From contig BFEA01000023.1 of assembly GCA_003427395.1 (NCBI GenBank), forward strand, positions 4,590,981-4,654,980: a stretch of DNA of 64,000 nucleotides. The letters run 5' to 3'. Below the pieces are notes generated by a model. The model had not been told where the DNA came from. It saw only the letters and a list, made by a program, of their open reading frames with translations, and did not search any database. This DNA comes from Chara braunii. Taxonomy: Eukaryota > Plantae > Charophyceae. The translations under genes were made by a program, and so were the position numbers. Position 1 is the stretch's first letter. Every line of letters begins with the position of its first letter. Shown here in pieces: positions 24,230-36,559 of this stretch.

Positions 24230-25510
24230 ACGACTGCCCCCCCCCTCTCTCTCTCTCACTCTCTCTCTCTCAGTCTCCCTCCCCTCCTCCCCTCCTCTCC
24301 TCGTTGTCCTCGTACTGCTTCCTCCTCGTCACGGTTCTCCTCCTCGTCATCCCTCCCCCGCCATTGTTCTCTCTCATCCAAGGACCTTCGCCATAGTTCT
24401 TCTCCTCCCCCTCTCTCCTTTATCTCCGTTCTCGTCCCCCTCCTCCCTCCCTTGTTATTCTTCTCCCCCCCTCCTTTTCTCCTCTCTTCCTCCTTCCTCA
24501 ACGCTCTCCTCGTCCTCATCCCCACTTCGTCGTCCTCGTCCTCCTTATTTGTAGTTCTACTCCTCCCTCGTCGTCGTTATCCTCCGTTGTAGTCGCTCTC
24601 CGAGATCGTTCTTCCAATTCTGGTTTCCTGCAACTTTCCTTTGGATTCCTTCCTCGTCTACCCGCCATTTCCCTCCCCTCCTCGTGACCCGGACAGGAGA
24701 ACGATGACGAAGTCGGGAGGAGGAGGAGATCAAGGACGAAGGAGGGAGGAGGGGGATGCCGATGACGATGGAAGGGTCCTCCTCCTCCCTCCTCCGCCGT
24801 CTCTCTTCCTCCTCCCGACTTCAACATCATTCACTTCACTCCCTTCCATCATCGGCCTCCTCCTCCTCCTCCTCCTCCTCTTCCCAACTTCATCATCGTT
24901 CTCCTCCTCCCTCAGTCATCATTCTCCTCCTCGTTCTCTCCCCTTTGTCCTCGTCGTTCTCCATCTCCTGCTCTCTATTTTGTCGGTGTTCTCCTCCGTT
25001 GTTCTCCTCTGTGGTCATAGTTGTCATCCTCTCTCTTTCGTCGTAGTTGTCCTCCTCTCTCCTTTGTCATAGTTGTCCTCACGTTCCCTTCATTCCTACT
25101 TTTTCTTTTTCCTTTTTTCATGACTCCAGCCGCCCTCCCGTCGGCATTCCTCCAACTGCCACCTGTCATCATCGTCGTCCTCCCCCTCCCTCCGATATTG
25201 TAGTCCTCCCCCTTGACGTGGCACTACCATCCTCCCAGGACTTGACGCTCAAGACATCCCCCCTCTTCCATGTGCCACCACGATCATCCATCTCTTCCCC
25301 GAATTCCCCGCTTCTCCACGTGGCACTACTATCCTCCATCTCTTCCCCCCTCCTCCACATGGCACTACCATCCTCCATCCCTCGTCTCTCCATATTCCCG
25401 CCCGCCATTTTGTTTTTTCCTTCGGTCAAATCAGTCTGCCTTGCCGCCAGTTCACCTCCTCGTCCCTCCATCATTTGTGTTTTGTTTTCTTTTTTTTTTT
25501 CAGGAGTCGT
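24230..25510. repeat. CT-rich low-complexity tract in a SerRS intron
   Basis: Long (CTC/TCC/TCG)-rich stretch; its ORFs are Ser/Pro/Leu low-complexity artefacts. Confidence 0.8.
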
Positions 25511-26090
25511 CATTCCTTGGTAGTATGTTTGTCCTTGAGTACGCTTGGTTGTTTTAAGTCTGGTGTTTGCAGTTCAACCCATGTCACAACCACCCATCTC
25601 GGTCAAAAGTTTGCGGTTAAGAGTTTGCAGTTGAATAGTTTGTGGTTAAAGAGTTCGAGGTCACGTGTGTGTTGTTTGCTGTTCCGCCCGTTTCCAAACA
25701 ATGCCCAGATCGAGGGTTTGAATCTTCGTAGATAGAACAGACATACACATTACCTCATCCATACTCTACACTCCTGATAAGATAGCCAGGGGCATACATA
25801 CATCTGCACAACCTGAAAGATGTGTGCCTCTGACAAACTGGAAAAGCCTAAAAGGGCATGAGAAGAGAAGGAGAAAGTCAGAGAAACCCAACAGTAAGAC
25901 AAAAGAAAAGAGAGAGAAAGACAGCTGATCTGGTAAACAGGTCCATGGACAAAAAAAAAAAAAGAAACCCGTCTCTATTTTTCACTCAGTCACTATATAT
26001 CGTATATGATATGATTGCTGAATGAGAGCGAGGGAACTTAAAGAACACTACCGCTTTCATGTGTACACTGATTTCAAATGCCTACTAGGT

Positions 26091-26493
26091 GAGAGACGGT
26101 TAACGGGGGCCCAAATATTCGCCGTTTTCGTTGGCAATTGCGGTGTGAATTTCATCAAAAAAATTAAAAACAAACGATATGAGACCATAGTGCAAACATC
26201 AAAAAAGGAAACAAGCAAAAAAAAACGAAAAAAAAAAAAAAAAAAACACTATGAAACCCTAACACAAAGACACTGTCCGAGCCAAAATGAAGCGTCCAAA
26301 GAATTCAACAAAATGCCAACTTTTTCATTATTGATCCAAACATGTCAAAACTGCACACATGATGTACCCTAGAGCACATATATATCACACAAAAAGAAAA
26401 ACAAGAAAAAAAGCAAAAAATCAGCACAATATGACAGCTTCAGTGCAATTCGGTGCAAAATTCGTCGAAAATAACACCCCTGGTTAACCACGT
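26091..26493 (+). repeat. Dispersed ~400 bp repeat, copy B (uninterrupted)
   Basis: Homologous to 10364-11645 without the MULE insertion. Confidence 0.75.
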
Positions 26494-26821
26494 GTGGATC
26501 CCAGGAGAATCTGTATGCTTCCATAACCAGCAAACAAAGGTGAGGGCACCGACCCATAACCAGAAGACAAAATCTGGAATGCGGATAAGCAAGTACAAAA
26601 GTCCAGCAGCACTTGGACGTCGACAGATTACGTTTCGCACTCAATGTGGAAGCGCTGCTGCGGTCTTGTGCGTTGGAGTGGCAACTGAGCAAGCGAGAGT
26701 GAGTGCAGGGCAGAGCAGCCAACGGCACAGGGCACCATAGCCATAGCTGTAGAATAAAGAGAGAGAGAGAGAGAGAGAGACACATTCTGAGGAACGAATG
26801 AGAACTGTGAAAATGAGCTGC

Positions 26822-26862
<41 letters not shown>

Positions 26863-27526
26863 CTGAGAGACAAATGAGAACTGTGAAAGTGAGAGCTGCC
26901 ACAAGAGAGAGAGAGAGAGACGTATGGGAGAGGAAGGAGAGAGAGACTTACCTGCATCTCAAGTTAGGCGGCCATAGCCACCAGAGTGAAGAAGGCAACT
27001 AAGTCTGGTGTTGGCTACGGAGACTATTTTTGGATTTCGTATCTCCTGCGTGTCTCATGTGTGTGCGGTGTTTTGAGACTTGTGTCCGATTGTTCCGTGC
27101 ATGGTGGTCACATTGCAGAATCCTTATCTCCGCAATGAAAAGTCCCTATGATTAGCACAAAGGATAGATGATAGAACAATAGAAGAGTACTTTTGAGGCA
27201 TGGGCAACCAATTAAAATGTTTGTGCTCTCCTCCTGCTCCTGAACATCGAGTTGGGCGGCCATAGCCACAAGAGAGACTTGGGTGTTCAAGCTAAGGGTG
27301 CCGGCTCGATTCCGTGTGTGCACAGATGGACATAAGGTCGGGAAGTGCTGATCCATAACCTTCCTCACTGTGTCGTGAGCCGCCAAAGTCATTCTCGTCT
27401 GTTTTCTTTCCCTTCCAAATAGCGAACCATCCCCGAAGTCCTCTCTTTCCCCAAAGTCCTCTCTTTCGCCAAAGTCCTCTCTTTCGAGTGGGAAGTCCTC
27501 TCTTTCGCCGAAGTCCTCTCTTTCCA

Positions 27527-27650
27527 GTGACGGGTCATGGTTGCCCAGCTCAGGATCTGTATTTGAAGCTGCAGATCGAAGTTCTAGAGTGACGGGTCAT
27601 GGTTGCCCAGCTCAGGATCTGTATTTGAAGCTGCAGATCGAAGTTCTAGT
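27527..27650. repeat. Exact tandem duplication, 61-bp period
   Basis: AGTGACGGGTCATGGTTGCCCAGCTCAGGATCTGTATTTGAAGCTGCAGATCGAAGTTCTAG twice, preceded by AAGTCCTCTCTTTC repeats (27435-27524). Confidence 0.9.
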
Positions 27651-27713
27651 GAGAAAAAAGTTCTAGTGAGAAAGAAGTTGTAGTGAGAAAAACAATTAGA
27701 CCAACACTACGCT

Positions 27714-27801
27714 ATCTTCCCAGACATCCATTAAAATTGGAACGACACTGCGAAGATTAGCGTGGGCCCTGACACGCATGAATCAAGAAGTGGTCCAAAT
27801 T
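27714..27801 (+). pseudogene. U6: U6 snRNA-derived copy 3 with poly-A tail (27814-27841)
   Basis: GACATCCATTAAAATTGGAACGACACTGCGAAGATTAGCGTGGGCCCTGACACGCATGAATCAAGAAGTGGTCCAAATT; lacks GCGCAAGGAT and has a mutated ACAGAGA box. Confidence 0.88.
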
Positions 27802-27809
27802 ATTACTAG

Positions 27810-27846
<37 letters not shown>

Positions 27847-28019
27847 GATACCATTCTGAAAAGGGGGAGGGGGAAATGGAATCTCCATGAATGGAAGACT
27901 ACAACATTACACGATGGACGAACAAGAAATCCCAAGAAAACGAGTACAGACGGCGACAAGCAGTGAGGTAGAGGGTAAAGAGAGTTGCGATCGTCAGAAG
28001 GCAATCAATAGACAAAGAC

Positions 28020-28123
28020 CTGATAGGCAGAGACTTTGGGTCGATCCAGTCCTTTCGATGGTATGAACACAAAGGCTGCTCTGAAGTGGCAATCAGATAT
28101 TTGTCATCCCCTTCACCAGTGAC
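28020..28123 (-). CDS. SerRS: Seryl-tRNA synthetase exon
   Basis: ggcag|VTGEGDDKYLIATSEQPLCSYHRKDWIDPKSLPI(R)|gtc; 104 nt. Confidence 0.96.
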
Positions 28124-28457
28124 CTGCCACAGATTCAGCCACACGAATTTGACCGGCAATCAGATACAGATTCATCGACACAAATTTGACCGGCAAACTT
28201 CTTCAGCAATAAGATAAAACCACGTCTGTCACAGTTTTGTTTTAGACGTAAGTAAACAACAAGAAAGATCGCAAAAGAAGACACAGACAGTCATTTCATA
28301 CCCAAATACCCAACAAGGTCACCTTCACGAACATACCATCGGTATTTGGCCCCTGCTTGCCGGTCGAATTCAGAGAAGATTAGCATCGGTTTTTGAAACC
28401 GTGTACACAAGGCCAAGCAAAATAAAAAAAGAACAGTGGAAGAAGTAGATCCCCACA

Positions 28458-28562
28458 GTCCTCCGGGGACATCATTAAAAAGGATTGGAACGAGATACAG
28501 AGAAAAGTAGCATGGCCCCTGCTTGAGGATGACAGGCATAAGTCGAGAAATGGTCCAAACTA
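28458..28562 (+). pseudogene. U6: U6 snRNA-derived copy 4 (full length, diverged)
   Basis: GTCCTCCGGGGACATCATTAAAAAGGATTGGAACGAGATACAGAGAAAAGTAGCATGGCCCCTGCTTGAGGATGACAGGCATAAGTCGAGAAATGGTCCAAAC, then a purine-rich tail; no oligo-T terminator. Confidence 0.9.
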
Positions 28563-29262
28563 AAAGAGAGGACGACGAGGAGGACGACGACGGCAACGAC
28601 GATGACGAGAAGAAGAAGAAGAAGAAGAAGAAGAAGAAGACCCGTGCATAGCTGCACAATCGATGGGAGAGTGCAAGTGTTGCAAGCTCTCTTTCTCCTT
28701 GGTTTTGTTTTTTAGAATCAGACGTCCGTGCAAAGGCAGACAAGCAATTCAAATGGGAGAAAGAGATCACCACACGGCTGCACAACTTATGAGCAAGCTC
28801 AAGTACTGAAATCTCTCTTTTAAACAAAAAATAAAAAATAAAAACTCTTTTTTTTTGGAAGTTTTTCTTTCGTGTCTGTTTCTTGAAGTCAGATCCAAGT
28901 GCAAAGGCAGACGAGGAATTTCACTAGAAAGTGGCTGCACAGTCTGAACGAGAACACAATTATGGGAAATCTCTCTTTCCGCTTGAGACTAGAGTAAGAA
29001 TAAAACGGTCGCGACATCAACTCTCCAAACTTCAAAAACAGAAAACTTGACAAGGTAAGGGCCATGTATGACCATGGGAAATATCGAAGTTTTTAAAATT
29101 CAGCAAATGCCAAAAAACAATTGTATGCTATGTGTTCAGACACTGAAAAGGAGGGTATGCCTGTGCTGTGCGAATATCGCCAACCTTTGATTTTTATGAT
29201 TTTTATATTCTTTTGGTTTTGTTTTTTAATTATTATTCATTCATCGCCAACCTCCAATATAC

Positions 29263-29456
29263 CTTATAGAGCTCTTCATCAAACTGTTCCAGCTGTGCGC
29301 ATTCCGACATGACCTCTTTGCGCATGAAGAAGGGCGTTTGAAGTGGCAAATAACTCCTCTTGCCAAGAAACGCTAGGCCAAAGTTGATTAGAGCTTGATT
29401 CAGCAGCACACCGTATCCTTTCAGGTAGTAGGCTCTCCCACCCGCAACAGCAGCCC
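29263..29456 (-). CDS. SerRS: Seryl-tRNA synthetase exon with motif 1
   Basis: gcag|(G)[64 protein letters not shown]|gtat; 194 nt. Confidence 0.97.
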
Positions 29457-29645
29457 CTGCTCATTTAATATCCAAAAAAAAGAAAAAGGGAAAAAAAAAA
29501 AAGGACAACAAAGAAGTCAGTGAAAACGTCCAACAAGCGGTGTACTTGGAATCTGCCTGGCGACTGTTAAGCACACGCCAAGCTGAGAAACCAATCATTC
29601 CCACACAGGTTATCCATTGAGAAAAAGGGGGAGGGGCACACACGC

Positions 29646-29687
<42 letters not shown>

Positions 29688-30056
29688 ACTCAGAAGTAGA
29701 TCTTCAAATCAAATAAAAAAAAACACAAGCATGTGGAAGCTTCACCATCACACAGTCGGTTAATTAATTCGAAGTAAGCTTCACCATAGCAAAGAAGGGG
29801 TGAAATATGTAATACATTTGACATAGAAGCAAAGCAAATCCTCACGATTAATTGATTAATTAAGTAGCTCCGGAAGAAAACAGATTCAGAAGTGTACGGT
29901 CGGGATTTTTCCGACCGCTCACGATGCAGAGGAGGAAGGTTTGCTGCAGATTTGCAACAGGGGAGGCAGGGGCATATATCCAGTAAAAGAGCGAACAAGG
30001 GAGGCAAGTTCCACTGCAGCAGAGGGCTATCTGGTGTATCATCATGTACAAGAGAC

Positions 30057-30506
30057 TACCGTCTTCCTCCGATTACAACATAGGGTTAGGCTACCAGAGT
30101 GGCCCGGGGCAAGTTGCCCGGTCGGGCAAAAATAGTAATATAATATAATAATTTCAAAAATAATAAAATTATTTTATTTTATTTATTTTATTTCAAATTT
30201 GGTAAAGAATTTCGATGTGGCCCTGAGGCAAAAGTTGTTCAGTTTATTTTTGTGCATCACATAGTTTTCTTTTCAGATTTTTTTTGTTTCTTCTTTCGCT
30301 GGGCCCTCCACTGTTCCTCGCACAGCCGGGCCGCCCAGTCAAACAAGGTGACTTGGGCAGCCCGGCTGGTAGCCCATACGTACAACCATTATTGCTGTAT
30401 CTAGACCCAAGTCACCTTGTTCAACTTTGAGTCTAGATACAGCAACAATGACCGTTACGTGATACAGCAATAATGACTGTTCCGTTGTATTCGGGTGGAG
30501 AAGGTA
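30057..30506. mobile_element. Pogo/Tc1-like MITE split by a nested hAT-like element (~30089-30374)
   Basis: TACCGTCTTCCTCCGATTACA...GTATTCGGGTGGAGAAGGTA flanks GGCTACCAGAGTGGCCC...GCCCGGCTGGTAGCC. Confidence 0.6.
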
Positions 30507-30760
30507 GTTGTCGGCTAGTAGAGGTGCAGCCTGAGTCCATAGGCCAGGCAAAGATTATCTTCAACATCTCTGATAATCGCCCGTCTGCCAGTCGATCAAC
30601 AATGGCCTTTTTTTTTTCTTAACAAAACTGAAAGAGAATCTCTGTCAGAGATTCGGGAGATTAAAGCACCAGAAAGGTGAAGGTCAGGGTGCATAGGACT
30701 GGCAAATGGACTTCAAAAAGTTAAAGAATGCAAATTCATTTCATTTATTTCTTAATTTTT

Positions 30761-30862
30761 AATTTGGACCATTCTTCGATTTAGGCGTGTCATCCTTGCG
30801 CAGGGGCCGTCCTGATCTTCTTCCTCTGTATCGTTCCACTTTTAATGGATGTCCCAAAGGAC
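30761..30862 (-). pseudogene. U6: U6 snRNA-derived copy 5 (full length, A-rich tail, possible 8-bp TSD)
   Basis: Minus strand reads GTCCTTTGGGACATCCATTAAAAGTGGAACGATACAGAGGAAGAAGATCAGGACGGCCCCTGCGCAAGGATGACACGCCTAAATCGAAGAATGGTCCAAATT, then AAAAA. GAATGCAA is repeated at 30726 and 30867. Confidence 0.92.
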
Positions 30863-33506
30863 TGCGGAATGCAACCCCAGACTCGATGAGCATACATTTT
30901 TTTTCTTCGACAGCCTAAACTCTGCGAGGAACGAGCCCTCACGGGGACCCTATCAGACATACACATGTTCTGGGCAGAGGCCCCCAGCAAGCTGAGTGCC
31001 TGCACTAAGTGAAGGCGGGCCTGAATATTCATCAGAGGCCAAAATTCGAAATTTTTCATATGTGGGTATTCAGGCTCTTGCAGCACGCCAGTTGGTTGAG
31101 TGGACGCGTGAGCCTCACTAAGCTGCGTCGTCGTGCAGTTGGCCCAGGCCTTGGCAGTTGTGCCTGGGCACATATACACAAAGCAGGGCCGATACATCTT
31201 GAAGTGGCCACAGCCCTATGCGAAAGCAGGACTGTCGACGTACCTACCCCTGGGTCCTGCACAAATGCAGCAAACGGCCCAAGTCTGGAGACTGAGGCCG
31301 TGCCCAACTGTAAAGGGCCCAGGCCCTCAACTGTAGTCTCGGGTCTGGGCGCAGGTACTGGGTCCCAACAGGAAGCTACTGGAAGCTTCCAGCCAGGCCA
31401 CACGCAGCAACGCAGGGGCTGCCACTTCCATACAGGAAGAAGAGCAGCCAGGGCCAGGGTATTCTGGCCCGCGTAGGCAATGCGGTCACGCTGCTGCGTG
31501 AAAGGCGCGTGCTGCGTTGAGGCCAGAGCGCGTGCGGGCGCGTGAATGGTGAGGTGGGGCGCTGCAGGGCAGCGGAGCGCTAGCAGCCATAGCCGGGCTA
31601 CGGGGCGTTTGGGGGTAAGAGGACGATCAGTGGTCTTCAGGAAGGAGGCGAGTGTGGGTGGACAGGGTCTGATGAGGGGAAGCAAGATACGTACCTGGTA
31701 CATGTAAGAGGTCGGCTATAGTGTTGACGTCATGTACATTGGTCTCCGAGAGTCGAAGTGAGCCTGTTGCGAGAATGCTGATGTAGGTGGGATAGTCAGG
31801 TAATGTAGAGAGGAGCGACTTTGGATACTGTGTTGGTGTGGCCTACGGGCTTGAACATTGGCTCATTACTTCATTGTATTGCTCTATATGGATGGTTTCT
31901 CGGTGCATTTCTGCTCTCTGCTTGTACACGACTACCTGGACATCTGTGTGATTTNNNNNNNNNNNNNNNNNNNNNNNNNNNNNNNNNNNNNNNNNNNNNN
32001 NNNNNNNNNNNNNNNNNNNNNNNNNNNNNNNNNNNNNNNNNNNNNNNNNNNNNNNNNNNNNNNNNNNNNNNNNNNNNNNNNNNNNNNNNNNNNNNNNNNN
32101 NNNNNNNNNNNNNNNNNNNNNNNNNNNNNNNNNNNNNNNNNNNNNNNNNNNNNNNNNNNNNNNNNNNNNNNNNNNNNNNNNNNNNNNNNNNNNNNNNNNN
32201 NNNNNNNNNNNNNNNNNNNNNNNNNNNNNNNNNNNNNNNNNNNNNNNNNNNNNNNNNNNNNNNNNNNNNNNNNNNNNNNNNNNNNNNNNNNNNNNNNNNN
32301 NNNNNNNNNNNNNNNNNNNNNNNNNNNNNNNNNNNNNNNNNNNNNNNNNNNNNNNNNNNNNNNNNNNNNNNNNNNNNNNNNNNNNNNNNNNNNNNNNNNN
32401 NNNNNNNNNNNNNNNNNNNNNNNNNNNNNNNNNNNNNNNNNNNNNNNNNNNNNNNNNNNNNNNNNNNNNNNNNNNNNNNNNNNNNNNNNNNNNNNNNNNN
32501 NNNNNNNNNNNNNNNNNNNNNNNNNNNNNNNNNNNNNNNNNNNNNNNNNNNNNNNNNNNNNNNNNNAAACAGGGCAAGCCACAAAAAATGATGAGAAAGG
32601 GAAGAAAGTTCCCCGTATAGTCAGAGCATGCTACAAGCTCGTGAGGACCAAACAATGATGAAAAAGGGAAAGTTCCGGAGAAAGTTCCCAAGCCAGCACT
32701 CAGATTTTCCGGCGCAGAGATTTGCCCCCAAGGATAACTTGTTTACAAAAAAACAACAAAAAAAAAAAAAAAAATGTTGTTAACTTGTTATGACTCTTTT
32801 GACCATGTCACCCATTGGGTTGGGTTCGGGGTTTGAATGATGAGAGTGTTCAGCAGTGCTTCCAGCTATTTTCTATGATTGGTTAACTGATGAAGTTGGT
32901 GAAGGAAAGAGCCGCACGACTGACAAACTGAGCACACAACCACGCCCTGCGCGGCAAACACGTGTGAGCAAAACAATCAACAATCTCGAACAACTCTCGT
33001 AGCGATACAGCATTGAAAAACGCCGAGAGAATACCACCGCATATGCTATGGCTATGATTACCACTCCACCCTCACGCTTGTTTGTAGATAAGCCCACTCG
33101 TTAAGTACCGCTTTCTCCGATGGAGACTCTAATCATTATATTAGTATGCGCAGCGTGCATCCCCGGACTGCGAATTCAGGGCTTTTCTTTTGCCAACGTA
33201 TATTATATATGCTCACGTATATTAAGAGACATTGGTGATCGTTGCCCCCAAGCCGACAGATATAAGAGAGAAGGACCGAAGCGCAGAACACCTGGCAGTC
33301 CCTAGCTAGTTTCGGCCGTGGGCAGACACGCCGCTTCAGCTTCATCCGGGGGGAACGGCGGCGATGCTAAGGTGGTCCTACAGTTACCAAGATATACTTG
33401 GTACTTGGTCGACTCCGCTTCCGTCGTTATTAATAATAACACAGCTGCCTCTGGTCCTGAGTTCCGTCGTTAATAATAATAACACAGCTGCCTCTGGTCC
33501 CGAGAC

Positions 33507-33742
33507 TACCGTCTTCACCCGAATAGAGCGCCCGGTCATTATAGCTGCTGCATTTTATTCGGGTAAAGACGGGTAGCTGGGAAGTTTTCGATTTTGGCCT
33601 TATTTTTTTTCTGGTGCTAGGACCGTGCTCAGGGCGTGCTCAAGGTTGACGGCAATAACGACCACTTATCGCTGTATATGGTCCATTTTCAGTCCAGATA
33701 CGGCAATAACGACCGTGCGTTCTATTCGGATGAAGACGGTAG
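33507..33742. mobile_element. Pogo/Tc1-like MITE copies
   Basis: TACCGTCTTCACCCGAATAGAGCG... and ...TCTATTCGGATGAAGACGGTA. Confidence 0.7.
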
Positions 33743-34092
33743 GGGTTTTTTTTTCAACAAAAAATGAAAGATTTTCCACAACAGGCAAATAAGATACAAG
33801 GCATCAAATCAAACACATGGTTTCATATTACGACTGGATCTGCCTCGGGCTTCGATGAGAAGAGATTGGGCAAAACTGCTTTTGATTAGTTTATCGCCAT
33901 ACTGCTTGCTTCTTGCATGCTTGGTGGGTTGCTTCGTTGATTGTTTGGTTGATTGGCTATATCTCTATATCTATAAATCGGCGACCACTTTCAATCAACT
34001 GCTTGATCGACTACACAAACATGTGTGCTTGATTGCTTCTGATTGTTTGATTGATCAATTGGAAGGATTGATTGACTTTTAGTCTTATATAC

Positions 34093-35305
34093 GTTACCAG
34101 AGAGGCCCAGGACCACTTGCCCTGCCAGGGCAAAAACGAATTTAAATTATTTAAGATTAAAAATAAAAATAAAAATAAAAGTAAAGCAAATTCATTTTAT
34201 ATTTTTGTTTCTGATTTCGCGAAGAATTTTGATCCGAAAATAAAGCAAGTTTTTTTCAGTTTCACCTCTCGACTCTCCACGGTGACTTCCAACTTCCTTT
34301 TGACAATTGCTTTGGATAGCATTCGCCATGTCCCAAGTCCCGGTCCCAGATTCCCAAGTCCCGATCCCAGTGTCCCAAGTCCCGGAGTCCCAGAGTCCCG
34401 TTCTCAGAGTCCAGAATTGTTTTGGATAGCATTGCCCATTTCCATCCCCCAGCAAAACATTAGTTTTCTGCTTTTCTGACTATACTCTTCTACTTTCGTT
34501 TTCACACTTCGTCTACACTGTGCAACATGTTGCTTCTGAAAGGATTTCACGCTATGTACATGTCCCGAGTTCAAGTCCCGATTCCTGGTCCCAGAGTCCC
34601 TTGCACTGCAGACAGGGTTTCTTAGACTACCGTCTTCACCCTTATAGAACGCCCCGTCATTATAGCCGTATTTGGTGCACTTTTCAGTCCAGATACAGAT
34701 ATAATGACCGGGCGTTCTATTCCGGTGGAGACGGTAGGCATAGTAGCAGGGCCATTTCTCCTTTGTCGCTCATAAATAACCGCGACAGTGGGGAGCTTAG
34801 TCTTTCGTTCTGTAGTGCCTGTACCTTAGAAAGTACCTCCACTCCATTCTCAGCTATTGGCCAGTTTGCGGCAGCCCCTCCCTCCCTCCCTCCCTCCCTC
34901 CCTTCTGTAGTGCCTGTTCCTTAGTAAATACTCCACTCTATTCTCAGCTATTGGCCAGTTTGCAGCAGCCCCTCCCTCCCTCCCTCCCTTCCTCCCTCCC
35001 TTGGCAGTGGCCGGCAGCGACCCCTTGATCATGAGACGACGAGCTGTGTGTGACACGATTGTGAGGGATGCTGAGCCACCGTATCCCCGCTCGGAAATAA
35101 ATTGGGTCGGGGGGGGGGGGGGGGGGGGGGGGGGGGAAGGAAAAGAAAAAAAGTTGTTCAGTTAATTTTCTGCACAGCAGGTCTTTTTTTTTTTTTTTTC
35201 GGATGTGTTGGATTTGTTTTCTTCTACAGGGACCCTCCCCTGGCCCTTGTTGCCCGGCTGGGCCATCCGGGCAAACAAGGTGACTTGGGCGGCCCGGTTG
35301 GTAAC
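34093..35305. mobile_element. hAT-like non-autonomous element (GTTACCA...TGGTAAC ends) carrying nested repeats
   Basis: Ends match those of the ~30089-30374 element. Contains GTCCC motif arrays, a MITE and a ~95-bp-period duplication (34810-34990). Confidence 0.55.
34630..34734. mobile_element. Pogo/Tc1-like hairpin MITE, best-preserved copy
   Basis: TA|CCGTCTTCACCCTTATAGAACGCCCCGTCATTATA...TATAATGACCGGGCGTTCTATTCCGGTGGAGACGG|TA. Confidence 0.85.
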
Positions 35306-35654
35306 ACAGCTTTTTTTTTTTCCTTTTTTTTTTGTGTGTGTGGGGGGGGGGTTGTTTCTCCTGAGGAAATTGAATTCTTTTTAACACCAATTTGAGGCCA
35401 ACGTGTAGATTTTCAGTGAATAAGCATAAACCATATTGCATCCCAGGGATGCCATGTCCAAGGGACACCGTGCGCTCATTCAAGTGCTCTCAAGACAGTC
35501 TCTTGGATGTACCTAGTCGATTTTATGGCCACATGAGCATATGCTCATTACTGCAAGATGGTCAGACCACAAAATGGTTGACAAGCTCAATTTTGTCACG
35601 CAAAAAGAAGATATATATATAAATAAATATATATATATATCAAACGTAACTAAA

Positions 35655-36500
35655 ACTCAGTTGATTATTGATAGTTTATTGATTGATTGTTGGTTGATTG
35701 AATGAATGATTTGATTTGATCGATGAATTGAATAAGTGATTGAGTGATTGACTAATTGATTGATCGATTTGATTTGGTTGATGGATGAATGGATGCATAT
35801 CATTGATTGATGGATTGAGAGGATTGCTGGACTGATTGACTGATTGCTTCATTTTCCTTTGCTGGGCTGGCCGGTTGATTGATTGTTTACTTGATTGCTT
35901 GATTGCTTAGTTGCTTAGTTGATTGGACAGTTTATTAGAATCTTGGTTGGCTATCTGTTTGATGGGCTAGTTAGTTGCCCGGTTGGTTGCCTGTTTGGCT
36001 GGCTGGTTGCTGGGCTGATTTGTTCGCTGGTTGGTGAACTGATTGGTTGATTGATTAGATGGTTGATTGATTGATTGATTGATTGGCTGGTTGATTGGTT
36101 GATCGGACGATAGGCCGATCTATTGGTTGGTTGATTGGTGGATTGATTGATTTCGTTGATTGGTTGATTTCGTTGATTGCTTGATTTGGTTGATTGGTTG
36201 AATGGTTGATCGGTTGATTGGGCAGTTATCAATTACTCTGGTTGGCTGGTTGGTGGGCTGATTTGCTCGCTGGTTGGTGGGCTGACTGGTTGATTGGATG
36301 GTTGATTGATTAGATGGTTGATTGATTGGATGGTTGATTGATTGACTGATTGGCTGCTTGATTGGTTGATCCGACGATAGGCCGATCTATTCGTTGGTTG
36401 ATTGGTGGATTGATTGATTTCGTTGATTGGTTGATTTCGTTGATTGGTTGATTTCGTTGATTGGTTGATTTGGTTGGTTGGGCAGTTATCAATTACTCTG
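35655..36500. repeat. (TTGA/TTGG)n-rich region containing a ~260 bp tandem duplication
   Basis: Two units, each ending GGGCAGTTATCAATTACTCTG (36240, 36500). Confidence 0.85.
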
Positions 36501-36559
36501 ACGAGCAACAATAGCAATCAATCGACCAATGGAATAGTTCACGTTTGTCACTTCCTTAC

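Noticed and set aside
26100-26487. piggyBac/Kolobok element with a TTAA TSD
   Set aside because: Homology between copies extends outside the TTAA (GAGAGAnGG), so TTAA is internal rather than a target duplication.
27714-30862. Functional U6 snRNA genes
   Set aside because: Catalytic-core mutations or deletions, no oligo-T terminator, and no recognisable USE/TATA promoter.
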